Origin: an uncultured Candidatus Saccharibacteria bacterium
Lineage (GTDB): Bacteria; Patescibacteriota; Minisyncoccia; Phycocordibacterales; CAIJYI01
NCBI GenBank assembly: GCA_964410165.1
Contig: CAYPFT010000002.1
Location: forward strand, 367 to 64,366
Direction: 5' to 3'
Length of the DNA stretch: 64,000 nt
Made by a program: the position numbers and the translations under genes. The stretch's first letter is position 1, and every line of letters begins with the position of its first letter. Shown one piece after another: positions 52,179 to 61,925 of this stretch. The notes beneath the pieces were generated by a model that saw nothing but the letters and a program-made list of their open reading frames with translations, had not been told where the DNA came from and searched no databases.

Positions 52179-54329
52179 CTACGGATTCATCCGAGAGACG
52201 CCTTGCGCGACCGTCACCACATCCACATTCGCGGTCCTCACATAGTCCACTATTTGCTGAAAGAATGCGGGAGTAACGCCGAGGTCGTGTTCGGGGTTGG
52301 CATCTTCTTGGTGGAACATGAGAATGAGCCATTGTTTGTTCGCCGCCGCCTGCGCCACCCACGTTTGCACGTCAGTCATGGTGGTGGTACGGTCCATCTG
52401 CTGTATTTTCAGTTCGTATTTGTTCGTGCTTTTCGTATTGAAGCCGCGGTCAACGCTTCTTGCCGCGATAAATCCCGCGTTTTGCGCCATTGTTTCAACT
52501 GAGGCGTTGTAGTCTCCCAAGGGATACGCCATGGTGTCGGGCGTGGTTACGCCCATTCCGAAAAGGTCGTTTCGCGAGCCGACGATTTCATTGTTCGCCG
52601 CGACAGGCGGAACGTTTGTAAGTGAAATGTGCGTTTGCGTGTGTCCGCCTATTTCATGTCCGGCATTTTGAATTTCAAGCATTTGGTTTTGATTGACATA
52701 TATCGGAACCATTTTTAGAGAATAGTTGTCTACGGTGAGGGAGCCGTTATTCCGAAGCAAATGAAAAATCGTGACGATGGCAACATTCGCGGGAATGTTT
52801 ATGGTCTGTGAAAAGTTTTTCCATACCCCGTTTGAAGGCGGAAGGGAAGCTATATCGACAAACTGCACACTATCATCAAGATAGGTGTATCGTACCGTTA
52901 CGACCGAGGCGACGTCTGATTTGTAACTCTCGGTGAGCACGTAGTCTTCGTTCGGCAAGACGGTCGCGTCTTTGAAATACCACTTCGCATCGCCGCTCGC
53001 GTAATTCGCCACATCAATTTGCGCGGCCTTACCCCCATCCGCCCCCGTTACCGGATAGGTGAACGCCGCCGTATTCGTTCCCCACCCCCCGCGGAACCAG
53101 TTTTCCGGGTCGCCGTTTGCACCGGCGGTTTCGAGGGAAGAGTTTTGTATTCTCTCGGTCGGTACCGCCAAAAGTGTTTCTTGACTGACAATATAAAATG
53201 TTCCCTTGAGTCCCGCGGCGTTCAAGATGGGAAGCGCATCGTTGTACTGCGTAATCCACCCGTCATCGAACGTGAACGATACGAGTCCGCGCGAGAACAG
53301 GTCTTCCGGCGGAGGCGGCGTTTCTCCCGGCGCTAGAGAATAGTTATCAACGGTCAGCATGCCGTTCGTGTTGAGGGCGTGGAACACCGTCAGTGCAGTT
53401 GCTCCCACCGGTACGGTAAGATTATAGTTTGCCGTTTTCCACACGCCGGACGCTCCGAGGGATGCGATGAATTGATAGATGAAACCGCTCGGTGTTTGGT
53501 ATCGGGCAACGAGTTCGGTTGGCGCGGTGGATTTGTATGAGTCGGTGAATGAATAGATTTGCCCGGAACTCACCGGCACATCGGCAAAATACCATTTCGC
53601 ATCGCCGCTCGCGTAATTCGTCACGTTAATTTGCGCCGCCTTTCCGCCGCCCGCCCCCGTTATCGGATAGGTGAAAGTTGCGCTGCTCGCTCCCCATTCT
53701 CCGCGGAACCAGTTTTCCGGGTCGCCGTTTGCACCGGCGGTTTCGAGAGAAGGATTCACAATGAGACCCGGCGGAGCAGTCTTTTCCGTCAAAGAAGAGT
53801 TGTCGGTCGTGAGAAAACCAACCGTTTCAATCAGGTGAAAAACCGTTATGAAAGCCGCATCGCTCGGGGTGGTGAAAGTGAATTGCTTGTCGGTTGCAAG
53901 AGATGTCGCCGGCACCGTTCCGAGAAACACATACGAGAATGTTCCCGATGTGCTTTTATACCGAATAGTATAACTCGTTGCGGCATTGGAAACATATCGG
54001 TCGGAAAAAACATATGTTGTGGAGGGGCTTACCGGCACATCGGCGAAAACCCACTTCGCATCGCCATCGGTGTGTGCGCTCATCTCCACGCGCACCGCGC
54101 GCGCCCCGACAAGCCCCGCCGTCGGATAGGTGAAGGCCGCGGTATTCGCGCCCCAGTTTCCCGTACTCCAAGAATCGGGGAGCGTCGCGCCGGTTTCCAC
54201 GGAAGGATTTATTATGAGATTTTCTCCCGCCGCAGAAGCGATACCGGAATACAAGAATGAAACAAAGAGAATCATTGCGGCAAGAGACGATATTCTTTTG
54301 TCGGCTTTTGTGTTCGCTTTTGTTTTCAT
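52179..54329 (-). CDS. Secreted multi-CBM protein with a NodB-type polysaccharide deacetylase domain interrupted by a CBM insertion
   Basis: Four copies of the ~140-aa CBM_4_9-like module. NodB motif 1 FTFDDGW...FYIVS and the His motif HEIGGHTQTH are separated by one complete CBM module. Confidence 0.65.
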   Translation of the reverse strand: MKTKANTKADKRISSLAAMILFVSFLYSGIASAAGENLIINPSVETGATLPDSWSTGNWGANTAAFTYPTAGLVGARAVRVEMSAHTDGDAKWVFADVPVSPSTTYVFSDRYVSNAATSYTIRYKSTSGTFSYVFLGTVPATSLATDKQFTFTTPSDAAFITVFHLIETVGFLTTDNSSLTEKTAPPGLIVNPSLETAGANGDPENWFRGEWGASSATFTYPITGAGGGKAAQINVTNYASGDAKWYFADVPVSSGQIYSFTDSYKSTAPTELVARYQTPSGFIYQFIASLGASGVWKTANYNLTVPVGATALTVFHALNTNGMLTVDNYSLAPGETPPPPEDLFSRGLVSFTFDDGWITQYNDALPILNAAGLKGTFYIVSQETLLAVPTERIQNSSLETAGANGDPENWFRGGWGTNTAAFTYPVTGADGGKAAQIDVANYASGDAKWYFKDATVLPNEDYVLTESYKSDVASVVTVRYTYLDDSVQFVDIASLPPSNGVWKNFSQTINIPANVAIVTIFHLLRNNGSLTVDNYSLKMVPIYVNQNQMLEIQNAGHEIGGHTQTHISLTNVPPVAANNEIVGSRNDLFGMGVTTPDTMAYPLGDYNASVETMAQNAGFIAARSVDRGFNTKSTNKYELKIQQMDRTTTMTDVQTWVAQAAANKQWLILMFHQEDANPEHDLGVTPAFFQQIVDYVRTANVDVVTVAQGVSRMNP

Positions 54330-54380
54330 ACGGAAGTTGAGTTTACATGAGGCGGATAATGATTGCGTGAAGTTATGAAG

Positions 54381-57300
54381 TTAGTTATTCACCACAATGT
54401 TAATAATCTGCCGTTCATTGTTTCCCGCCGCATCCGTTGCGGTCGCTTTCAGCGTGTGGGCGCCATTTTGAACGGTGGTGGAATCCCAATCAATCGCGTA
54501 TGGTTCGGCCGTCATGATTGGCCCGAACGGGTCGCCGTCAACGGCAAAGAAGAATTGAGTGACGCCGACATTGTCGGCCGCATCCGCGGTAAGCGTTACT
54601 GTTCCCGAAACGGTGTTTCCTTCAAGCGGATTCGTAAATGCGACGGTCGGAGGGACAGTTTCCGCCGGGGTGCATGACCCGCCGGCAGTGAGAGAAACAT
54701 CATCAAGAGAAAGATTTGTTATCGTGCTCAAAAGATGGAAGAGGGTAATGCTTTTCGTTCCAATGGGCGGGCAGAATGAGCCGGTGTTAAACGTCCAGCC
54801 AGTGGTCGGCGGCAGTTCTTTTGTGAGACCGAAATAGTGCTGTGATCCGTCGTCCATGGTGTACCGGCCGATGACATCGGAAATCGTATTCGCTTGGTAT
54901 CGTTCCGCGTAGGTATAGAGCGTCCCCGGCGTCACTGGCACATCGTCAAATACCCATTTGGAATCGCCACTGGTTGCCGGATATGCGGTAATTTGGAGCC
55001 CCACCGCTTTTCCTCCGTCAAACCCGGCAATAGGATAGGTGAATACGGCGGTCTGATCACCCCATCCGCCGCGAGTCCAGCCGAGAGGGTTGCCTCCCGT
55101 TCCCGCAGTTTCAAATGAGCCGTTCGCGATGAGGTTTTCTCCTATCGGCGACGGCGGAGGGGGAGGAGGAGGCGGAGCGCCACTGCCGAGGGTCAAAGAA
55201 AAGTTATCCGTTGTCAGTGTTCCGTTGCCTGCAAGCTCATGGACAACGCTGAGTCTTTGCACATTCGCGGGGATGGTGATGGTACTTTCAATGCGTGTCG
55301 GTGTCGTGGCGGACGGAAATGTTCCAAGGTCGACGTATTTATACGTGCCGTCCGCAAAACCGAATTCGGCGGTAAGGCTCGAGTTCGTATCGGAAGTGTA
55401 GTAGCCGGAGAACTGATAATTTTCACCCGGAGTTACAAAGACCGGGTCATGATACCAATGCGCCGTACCGCTCTTATATCCGGTTACTTGAACTTTCCCG
55501 GCTTTTGCGCCGTCAAACCCGGGAACAGGGTAGGTGAATGCGGTATCATTGTCGCCCCAAAATCCTCCTGTCCAATAGAGCGGACTCTCGGCATTGTTCG
55601 GGTTGACGATTTCCATGGAGGCATTTTTGATCAGGTTTCCGGAACCGCCGGCGGTGCCGTTATTGAGATAGAGGTTAATGCTTCGCGAACCCGTGAGTTC
55701 CGCGCCGTCCGTTACCGCAAGAAGAACTTCCGTGTACACGTCGGTTTCGCCGCCATGATCCGGTGCGGTAAATGACGGACTCGTCGTGTTAAAAAATTCC
55801 TGAAGGAGGTGCGTGTGCGTATTGTGATGAAGGATAATCTGCCAATTGTAGGCTGACGCGGGAAGCGCTCCGCTTTCGGAATCCGTTCCTTGCCCTTGCA
55901 ATTTGATAGTGTCGCCGACTTGATAGAGCGATCCGCTCGCGGGGCTTGTGATATTTGCCTGCGGCGGCTGGTTGCCTACTGTTATCGTAACGCTTTTAAT
56001 GTCAACGCCGCCGCGGACGTCGGAAAGCGTGAGTACCGCATTGTACCTGCCGTTCGCGGAGTACGCATGAGTCGGGTTCGCGAGAGCGGATGTCGCGCCA
56101 TCGCCGAAGTTCCACGAGTAAGCGAGCGGGTCGCCGTTCGGGTCGCTTGAGCCGACGCTTGAGAAACTCACGGAAAGGGGAGTGAGTCCCGCCATTGGCA
56201 TCGCACCGATAGAGGCGATGGGATTTCTGTTGCCGGTCGTATAAACGAGTCGCTTAAGTTCGCCGGTATAAATGGCGATGTAGTACACATTCCCGTCTGG
56301 TCCTGTCGAAAGATCCACCGGCCCGCCCGGATTATCCATCACGTCTTGTTGTACGGAAAGGACATTGTTCGCGCCGTCCAAGACAAGGCGTTTAATCCAA
56401 TTTTGCGCATAGTCGCCGAAGAAAAGCGAGTTCCCATATTGGGAAGGATACGCTCCGCCCGAAGGAAACGCTCCCGCGACAACCGCTCCCGCAAAGGCGC
56501 TGTTGTGCTGATAGAAGTAAAGCGGGTCGGTTGCGCCCGGAGCATCGCAGATGTAACCGGGACCGCCGCTTGCGGGCGTTGAGCGGGACGTCCCTTCAAA
56601 GCACGGCCAGCCGTAATTTTTGCCGGGAAGAATAAGATTTATTTCTTCCCACCTGTCCCAGCCGACATCGCCCAAAAAGAGCGCGCCGTCGGAAGGGCGA
56701 AAGTTGAAGCGGAATGCGTTTCGCACGCCGTAGGCGTAGACCTTTGAACGGTTTGCGTTCGGGTCGCCATTGTAAAACGGATTGTCTGCAGGCGCGGAGC
56801 CATCGGGATTTAAGCGCAGTACTTTTCCGCCGAGGCTGTCTATATCTTGCGCGCGAAGAGCAAGCGGGTCTACGCGGTCAAAGCTCGCCCCTTCTCCAAG
56901 CGTCGCGTACAGTTTCCCGTCGGGGCCGAAGCGGAGTCCTCCGGCACTGTGGCTCGGCGAGTCCGACGGAATGCAGTCATCGGTAACGAGAAAATTCTCG
57001 CATGAAGGACTGGCCGCGTTTCCGTCAACGGTTCCGACGAGTATTACTTTGCTTGACTCGCTCGCCGTATCGCCGATGACCGTCACGCGCGCGATGTGGA
57101 CTGTTTTCGGTCCGGAGAAATTCGCCCCCGGCGTGTTTTCGTACGTATAAGAAAGATACAGGTAGCCGTTTGCGGAAAAGTTCTGGTCAATGGTTATGCC
57201 GATGAGTCCGCGGTCGGCGTAGGTGTTTACGTCAGTGAGCGTAATGACCGGCTCAGGAAGAAGCAATCCATTCTTTACCGCGCGAACCGTACCGCCTTTC

Positions 57301-58424
57301 TCGGCGATGAAAATGCGTCCATCCGGCGCGAAGGACATCGCGGTCGGAAGCACCAATCCGCTCGCTACGGTTTCCGCTTCAAATCCGGGAGTTATCGGCG
57401 GATCCGTGTCTGCGGACAAAGAAAAGTCATCCGTCTCAAGCACTCCGACGGAACGGAGAAGGTGGAAAACCGATACCGCCGTGGCCTCCGCAGGAACGGT
57501 TATGTTGTGCGTGAAAGTCGTCCAGTCGGCCGCAACAGGCACGCTTCTCAGAAATTGGTATGAGAAACCTGTCCCCGTGCGGTATTGCGCGACGAGTTCG
57601 GTGGCGACATTCGCTTTATATTTTTCGGTGAAAGCATACACTGTACCGGCGGTTACCGGAACATCATCGAAAAACCATTTGGCATCGCCATCGACATAAG
57701 AGGTGATTTCCACTTTCGCCGCTTTGTTTCCGTCAAGTCCTGTGGCTGGATAGGTAAAGACCGCCGTATTCGTCCCCCAGCCGCCTCGTCCCCAGTTCGC
57801 CGGGTTTCCCCCGATTCCGGCGGCTTCGTACGAACCGTTGTTGATGAGATTCCCCGTTGTCGGAGGAGGAGGCGGCGGAGTGCCGGCATCCTCGGTCAGA
57901 GAATAATCATCCGTAATGAGATACCCGACTTTGTTGATTAAATGAAAAACAGTAAGAGAGGAAGCATTCTCAGGCGTTGTAAAGGTAAATTGCGCCGTCG
58001 CGTTCACGGCTCTAGCCGGGAGCGTTCCGAGCGAAACATAACTTGTCGCACCGTTCGTCGTTTTATACCGTATGACCGCTTCGGTATCGACATCGGAGAT
58101 AAACCTGTCCGAGAAAATATATTTTGTTTCCGGCGAGACCGGTACATCCGCAAAAAACCACTTGGCGTCGCCGCCCGTGTGAGCGGAAACATCAATCCGC
58201 ATCGCCCGCCCGCCGTCAATTCCCGGAGCCGGATAGGTAAAGACCACCGTATTCGCACCCCAGTTTCCCGTACTCCAAGAATCGGGAAGCGTGGATCCGT
58301 TTTCTGCCGAAGGATTCGCGATAAGGTTGGACGGCGCGGCAAGTGCCTGAAGCGGTAAAAACGAGAGTGGCGATAAAAGTGTTTCCGCAACAAGCAGCGC
58401 GGAGAGAACGGATTTTTTAATCAT
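54381..58424 (-). CDS. Giant secreted multidomain protein: CBM_4_9-like modules, beta-propeller (sugar dehydrogenase-like), PKD domain, C-terminal Ig-like domain
   Basis: Signal peptide MIKKSVLSALLVA.... Repeated CBM modules. Propeller-like DGRIFIAEKGGTVRAV. PKD signature WNFGDG...HAY. C-terminal bacterial Ig-like fold. ~1347 aa. Confidence 0.65.
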   Translation of the reverse strand: MIKKSVLSALLVAETLLSPLSFLPLQALAAPSNLIANPSAENGSTLPDSWSTGNWGANTVVFTYPAPGIDGGRAMRIDVSAHTGGDAKWFFADVPVSPETKYIFSDRFISDVDTEAVIRYKTTNGATSYVSLGTLPARAVNATAQFTFTTPENASSLTVFHLINKVGYLITDDYSLTEDAGTPPPPPPTTGNLINNGSYEAAGIGGNPANWGRGGWGTNTAVFTYPATGLDGNKAAKVEITSYVDGDAKWFFDDVPVTAGTVYAFTEKYKANVATELVAQYRTGTGFSYQFLRSVPVAADWTTFTHNITVPAEATAVSVFHLLRSVGVLETDDFSLSADTDPPITPGFEAETVASGLVLPTAMSFAPDGRIFIAEKGGTVRAVKNGLLLPEPVITLTDVNTYADRGLIGITIDQNFSANGYLYLSYTYENTPGANFSGPKTVHIARVTVIGDTASESSKVILVGTVDGNAASPSCENFLVTDDCIPSDSPSHSAGGLRFGPDGKLYATLGEGASFDRVDPLALRAQDIDSLGGKVLRLNPDGSAPADNPFYNGDPNANRSKVYAYGVRNAFRFNFRPSDGALFLGDVGWDRWEEINLILPGKNYGWPCFEGTSRSTPASGGPGYICDAPGATDPLYFYQHNSAFAGAVVAGAFPSGGAYPSQYGNSLFFGDYAQNWIKRLVLDGANNVLSVQQDVMDNPGGPVDLSTGPDGNVYYIAIYTGELKRLVYTTGNRNPIASIGAMPMAGLTPLSVSFSSVGSSDPNGDPLAYSWNFGDGATSALANPTHAYSANGRYNAVLTLSDVRGGVDIKSVTITVGNQPPQANITSPASGSLYQVGDTIKLQGQGTDSESGALPASAYNWQIILHHNTHTHLLQEFFNTTSPSFTAPDHGGETDVYTEVLLAVTDGAELTGSRSINLYLNNGTAGGSGNLIKNASMEIVNPNNAESPLYWTGGFWGDNDTAFTYPVPGFDGAKAGKVQVTGYKSGTAHWYHDPVFVTPGENYQFSGYYTSDTNSSLTAEFGFADGTYKYVDLGTFPSATTPTRIESTITIPANVQRLSVVHELAGNGTLTTDNFSLTLGSGAPPPPPPPPSPIGENLIANGSFETAGTGGNPLGWTRGGWGDQTAVFTYPIAGFDGGKAVGLQITAYPATSGDSKWVFDDVPVTPGTLYTYAERYQANTISDVIGRYTMDDGSQHYFGLTKELPPTTGWTFNTGSFCPPIGTKSITLFHLLSTITNLSLDDVSLTAGGSCTPAETVPPTVAFTNPLEGNTVSGTVTLTADAADNVGVTQFFFAVDGDPFGPIMTAEPYAIDWDSTTVQNGAHTLKATATDAAGNNERQIINIVVNN

Positions 58425-59083
58425 ACGTTTTATTTTTAATGAATAATAATGATGTACTCCACACAATCTTTGTGAAGCCTCTGTGAAAGATGGATAGAAC
58501 AGATTCGCCGAACATTCGAAAAAAACGCACCGTGTTTCAGGTGCGTTTTGGTTCCTTACTTTCTTCTCACCGACTCTTCGCGATGATTTCCGTCATTTTG
58601 ATTCATAGCGTCTTTTTCTTCCGTGCCGTTTGAAGAAAAGAAAAAACGGTTTCCTTCGGGATTCCTTTGAAACCATATTGAAGACGGACAGCCGGGAAAA
58701 AACTGGTCGCCCGTGCCATCTTGATAGTATTCGGTGAGATAATCGTCGTTATCGTTTTGCATTTTTATTCTCCAAGAGCGTTGACCGGATTCTATCTTCT
58801 TCTTTGAAGATGAAGAGAGCGTTAGCTTGCGGTTTCAGACTTCATGCCCCATGTCAACTTTTTTTATTTTTTCTTCTTCATAAATGTTTTACACGCGCAT
58901 GAAGTCTGTTAGGGTTTATGAGGGTTTGCTGAAGTATTGAGAAAAGATGAAGTTTTCGGTTTTATTGCTCGGCATCATTTTGCACTCATTTTGAACAAGC
59001 GATTTCGGTGGAAATGCGCATTGATTCTCATTTTGAAATGACTGCCCGCGCAAAAAACCGAAAACTTCAACAACCTCAAACTT

Positions 59084-59184
59084 CCCGCACCGCACTCAGG
59101 TAATTTTGGCCTAGAAAAATTTCTCGGTGGAATATTAAAAGACGAGAAATTTTAAGGGCCAAAATTACCTGAGTGCGGTGCGGG
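59084..59184. repeat. ~100-bp extended palindrome upstream of the GH26/FN3 gene
   Basis: 28-bp perfect inverted arms CCCGCACCGCACTCAGGTAATTTTGGCC / GGCCAAAATTACCTGAGTGCGGTGCGGG around a spacer that is itself palindromic (GAAAAATTTCTCG ... CGAGAAATTTT). Confidence 0.55.
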
Positions 59185-59216
59185 AGCAAACTCTCTAACA
59201 GTAACATTAATAATAT

Positions 59217-60896
59217 ATGAATTATAAAAAAATCAAAAAACAAATATTTTTTGTCGCAACCGCCGTTCTGGCGCTTGCCATGAGCGGGCTTTTGTCGCTT
59301 GCTACCGCCAATGCCGCGGAAGCATACAACGCAAACTCTCCGGCGTATTATCCGTTCAGTCTTAATGCTCCCACGACGAGCTGCGTGAACGGCGTGTTTC
59401 AAGTTTCCCTTTCGTGGGGCGCATCCGTCAGTGGAGTTACCTACAGCGTTTCCCGAAAAAGTCCCGGAACCACCGCATGGCCGGTTGTTGCAAGCGGGCT
59501 TTCTTCGCGGAGCTACACCGACGTCCCGACAAGTTCCGGAACATACTCCTATCAAGTCAAAGCGATAAATGCGTACGGCATCGGGTACTCAAGCATTCAG
59601 AGCGTGACGATGGTGGCATGTTCCGCTCCGGCTCCGGTTATCGCGCCAACGCCGACTCCGGCCCCCGCGCCTGCACCCGCTCCGGCACCGAGCCCGACTT
59701 CCGTATATATGGCAACCAATCCCGCTTTTGTGCCGTATGCTCTTAGTGTTCCAATTGCGAGCTGTGTGAACGGACAGCCGCAAGTTTCCCTTTCATGGGG
59801 CGCTTCCGCAAGCGGAGTGACCTATAGCGTTTCCCGAAAAAGTCCCGGAACCACCGCATGGCCGAATATCGCAAGCGGACTTACCGCCCGACAGTACACC
59901 GACGCGCCGGGAACTGCCGGAACATATTCGTATCAGATTAAAGCGATAAACTCCGCCGGTACGGGGTACTCAAGCATTCAGAGTGTAACGGTGGGGACGT
60001 GTTCCGTTACGGCTCCGGTTATCGTGCCAACACCAACACTGACTCCAGTGCCTGTGCCGACACCGGTCAGTTCTTCGCTTCAATGGGGTTTCACCGCCGG
60101 ATGGCAGCCGGAGAGCATGACAGCGCTTGCGCAAACCATCGGACAGCAGCCGGACATGATTGCGGTGTTCACTCACTTCGGAAACGAAAATCAGTTTCCT
60201 CACTATCTTGCCCCGACCATACGAGACACTGGCAAAACAATGGTCATCTTCTGGGAGTACACTGACTATAATGTCGCGAGCCCTTACCAGCCGAGATTCT
60301 CGTATGACGCGATGCTTCGCGGAGACTGGGATTCGTACATGAGAACATTCGCCGAGGAAGCGAAAGCCTACGGCGGCCCCGTCATCTTGATTCCGTTTTC
60401 CGAAATGAACGGCAACTGGTTCCCATGGTCGGGAACGCTCAATGGGAATACGCCGGCAAAGATGATTCAATCGTACCGCCACATCCACGACCTGTTCGCG
60501 GACGCGCCGAATGTGAAATTCGGATGGGCGCCCAATAACGGCTCCGTCCCCGATACCGCCGAAAACAGCATACAGAGCTATTATCCGGGAGATGCGTATG
60601 TAGACTATGTCGGCGTCGACGGATTCAACTTCGGATACCCGTGGGAGACCTTCGACCAAGTCTTCGGACGCCCGCTTTCCATTCTCTCCGGCTACAATAA
60701 ACCGATTTATATCTTCTCCATGGCATCCGCCGACGGTCCGAACAAGGCGGCATGGATTACGGACGCGTTCAAAGTACAGATTCCCAAGTATCCGAAAATC
60801 GCCGGCTGGATCTGGTTCAACGAGAACAAAGAACGCGATTGGCGAGTAAACTCCGACCCGAATTCTCTCGCCGCATTTCAGGCGATAGTGCCATAG
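59217..60896 (+). CDS. Secreted protein with two fibronectin-III-like repeats and a C-terminal GH26-like catalytic domain
   Basis: Signal peptide. Two ~100-aa repeats (…CVNG.PQVSLSWGAS.SGVTYSVSRKSPGTTAWP…YSYQ.KAIN..G.GYSSIQSVT…C) separated by Pro/Ala/Thr linkers. The C-terminal half is paralogous to the 49353-50426 gene. Confidence 0.6.
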   Translation: MNYKKIKKQIFFVATAVLALAMSGLLSLATANAAEAYNANSPAYYPFSLNAPTTSCVNGVFQVSLSWGASVSGVTYSVSRKSPGTTAWPVVASGLSSRSYTDVPTSSGTYSYQVKAINAYGIGYSSIQSVTMVACSAPAPVIAPTPTPAPAPAPAPAPSPTSVYMATNPAFVPYALSVPIASCVNGQPQVSLSWGASASGVTYSVSRKSPGTTAWPNIASGLTARQYTDAPGTAGTYSYQIKAINSAGTGYSSIQSVTVGTCSVTAPVIVPTPTLTPVPVPTPVSSSLQWGFTAGWQPESMTALAQTIGQQPDMIAVFTHFGNENQFPHYLAPTIRDTGKTMVIFWEYTDYNVASPYQPRFSYDAMLRGDWDSYMRTFAEEAKAYGGPVILIPFSEMNGNWFPWSGTLNGNTPAKMIQSYRHIHDLFADAPNVKFGWAPNNGSVPDTAENSIQSYYPGDAYVDYVGVDGFNFGYPWETFDQVFGRPLSILSGYNKPIYIFSMASADGPNKAAWITDAFKVQIPKYPKIAGWIWFNENKERDWRVNSDPNSLAAFQAIVP

Positions 60897-61307
60897 CTTG
60901 CAGTGAAGCAATAATCGAAAAGCAATAAAACCCAAAACCCCCTCCGAGAAATCGGTGGGGGTTTTGGGTGAAAGTTTTTTCGGATTTTAGCGATAGGGGC
61001 GCGTGTTGATCGGGCCGACATGGCCGTAGGTATCATCCCAAACGCTTTCCATGTCGTAGAGTGAAAAATCAAGTTTGCCGCGGAATTTTTTGTCGTATTG
61101 CCGATCCTCATATTTGAGGAACTTGTCTTCTTTTTTGTATTTTCTCATAGAGTTATGCAACAGAATTATGCGTGGTAATTTTTTGCCGTGCGCTTTGCTC
61201 GGGCGGAGAAAGAATCCGGTTTACAATTTTTCTTTCAATTTTTATCGTCATTTCTTCTTTTTCTATCGGTATGATGAGAGTTCCATGAGAAATCAAAATA
61301 GCAAATC

Positions 61308-61552
61308 CTAGCATATACGTAATAGCCGGATTAATTTGGTTGATAGCGTAGTCGTTTTAGTTCGGTAGCGTAAGCATTTTTTTCGTTTTTTTGAAACAAT
61401 TCGCGTGTATAAAAAAAATACATGCGAAATCATCGTGTTGCGAGCTTAAAATCGTTCGTTTTGAGGAGAGAAGAAGCCGGTGTACGAGGCACATTACCTG
61501 CAATCCGAGTTGATTATCAACCAAATTAATCCGGCTAAGTGGCATATACTAG
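61308..61552. mobile_element. Candidate MITE-like element with 22-bp perfect (~38-bp imperfect) terminal inverted repeats
   Basis: AGCCGGATTAATTTGGTTGATA (61324-61345) and its exact reverse complement (61515-61536). Flanks extend imperfectly (CTAGCATATACG... / ...CATATACTAG). ~170 bp AT-rich non-coding interior. No clear target-site duplication found. Confidence 0.4.
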
Positions 61553-61558
61553 AGTTTG

Positions 61559-61906
61559 CTATTTTTGCGGAGTATCGGATTTGAGTTCGGCGGACATTAT
61601 TGCTTTCGGCGTTTCATATGCTTGCAAGTTGCCCAGCGCGCTTTCTACGAGATCAAAAGTATTCGGCTTGCTTCGGTAGCTTAATCCTATGGAAAAAAAC
61701 GCAATGCCGGCAATTATGGAAAAGATTGATCCGATGGTCACTGCCGGGAGAATGGTTTCATTGCGGGCGCGGACAAGAAGAGTAAGATTTTCATCCGTTT
61801 TCTTTTTGAACCCGAAAAACAATCCGCGAAAGAAACGCAGTATTTTATAGAGGAGGCAGATGAAGAGATGTGTTATGAGCGACATGCCCGCGAATGGTGA
61901 TAGCAT
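61559..61906 (-). CDS. Hypothetical membrane protein adjacent to GT2
   Basis: Two or three transmembrane helices, 115 aa, 20 bp downstream of the glycosyltransferase gene. Confidence 0.4.
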   Translation of the reverse strand: MLSPFAGMSLITHLFICLLYKILRFFRGLFFGFKKKTDENLTLLVRARNETILPAVTIGSIFSIIAGIAFFSIGLSYRSKPNTFDLVESALGNLQAYETPKAIMSAELKSDTPQK

Positions 61907-61925
61907 AATGTTAAATATTGATTAT

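Noticed and set aside
58556-58762. 68-aa minus-strand ORF in the divergent intergenic region
   Set aside because: Asp/Asn-rich low-complexity translation. It lies in a probable promoter region with no RBS or motif.
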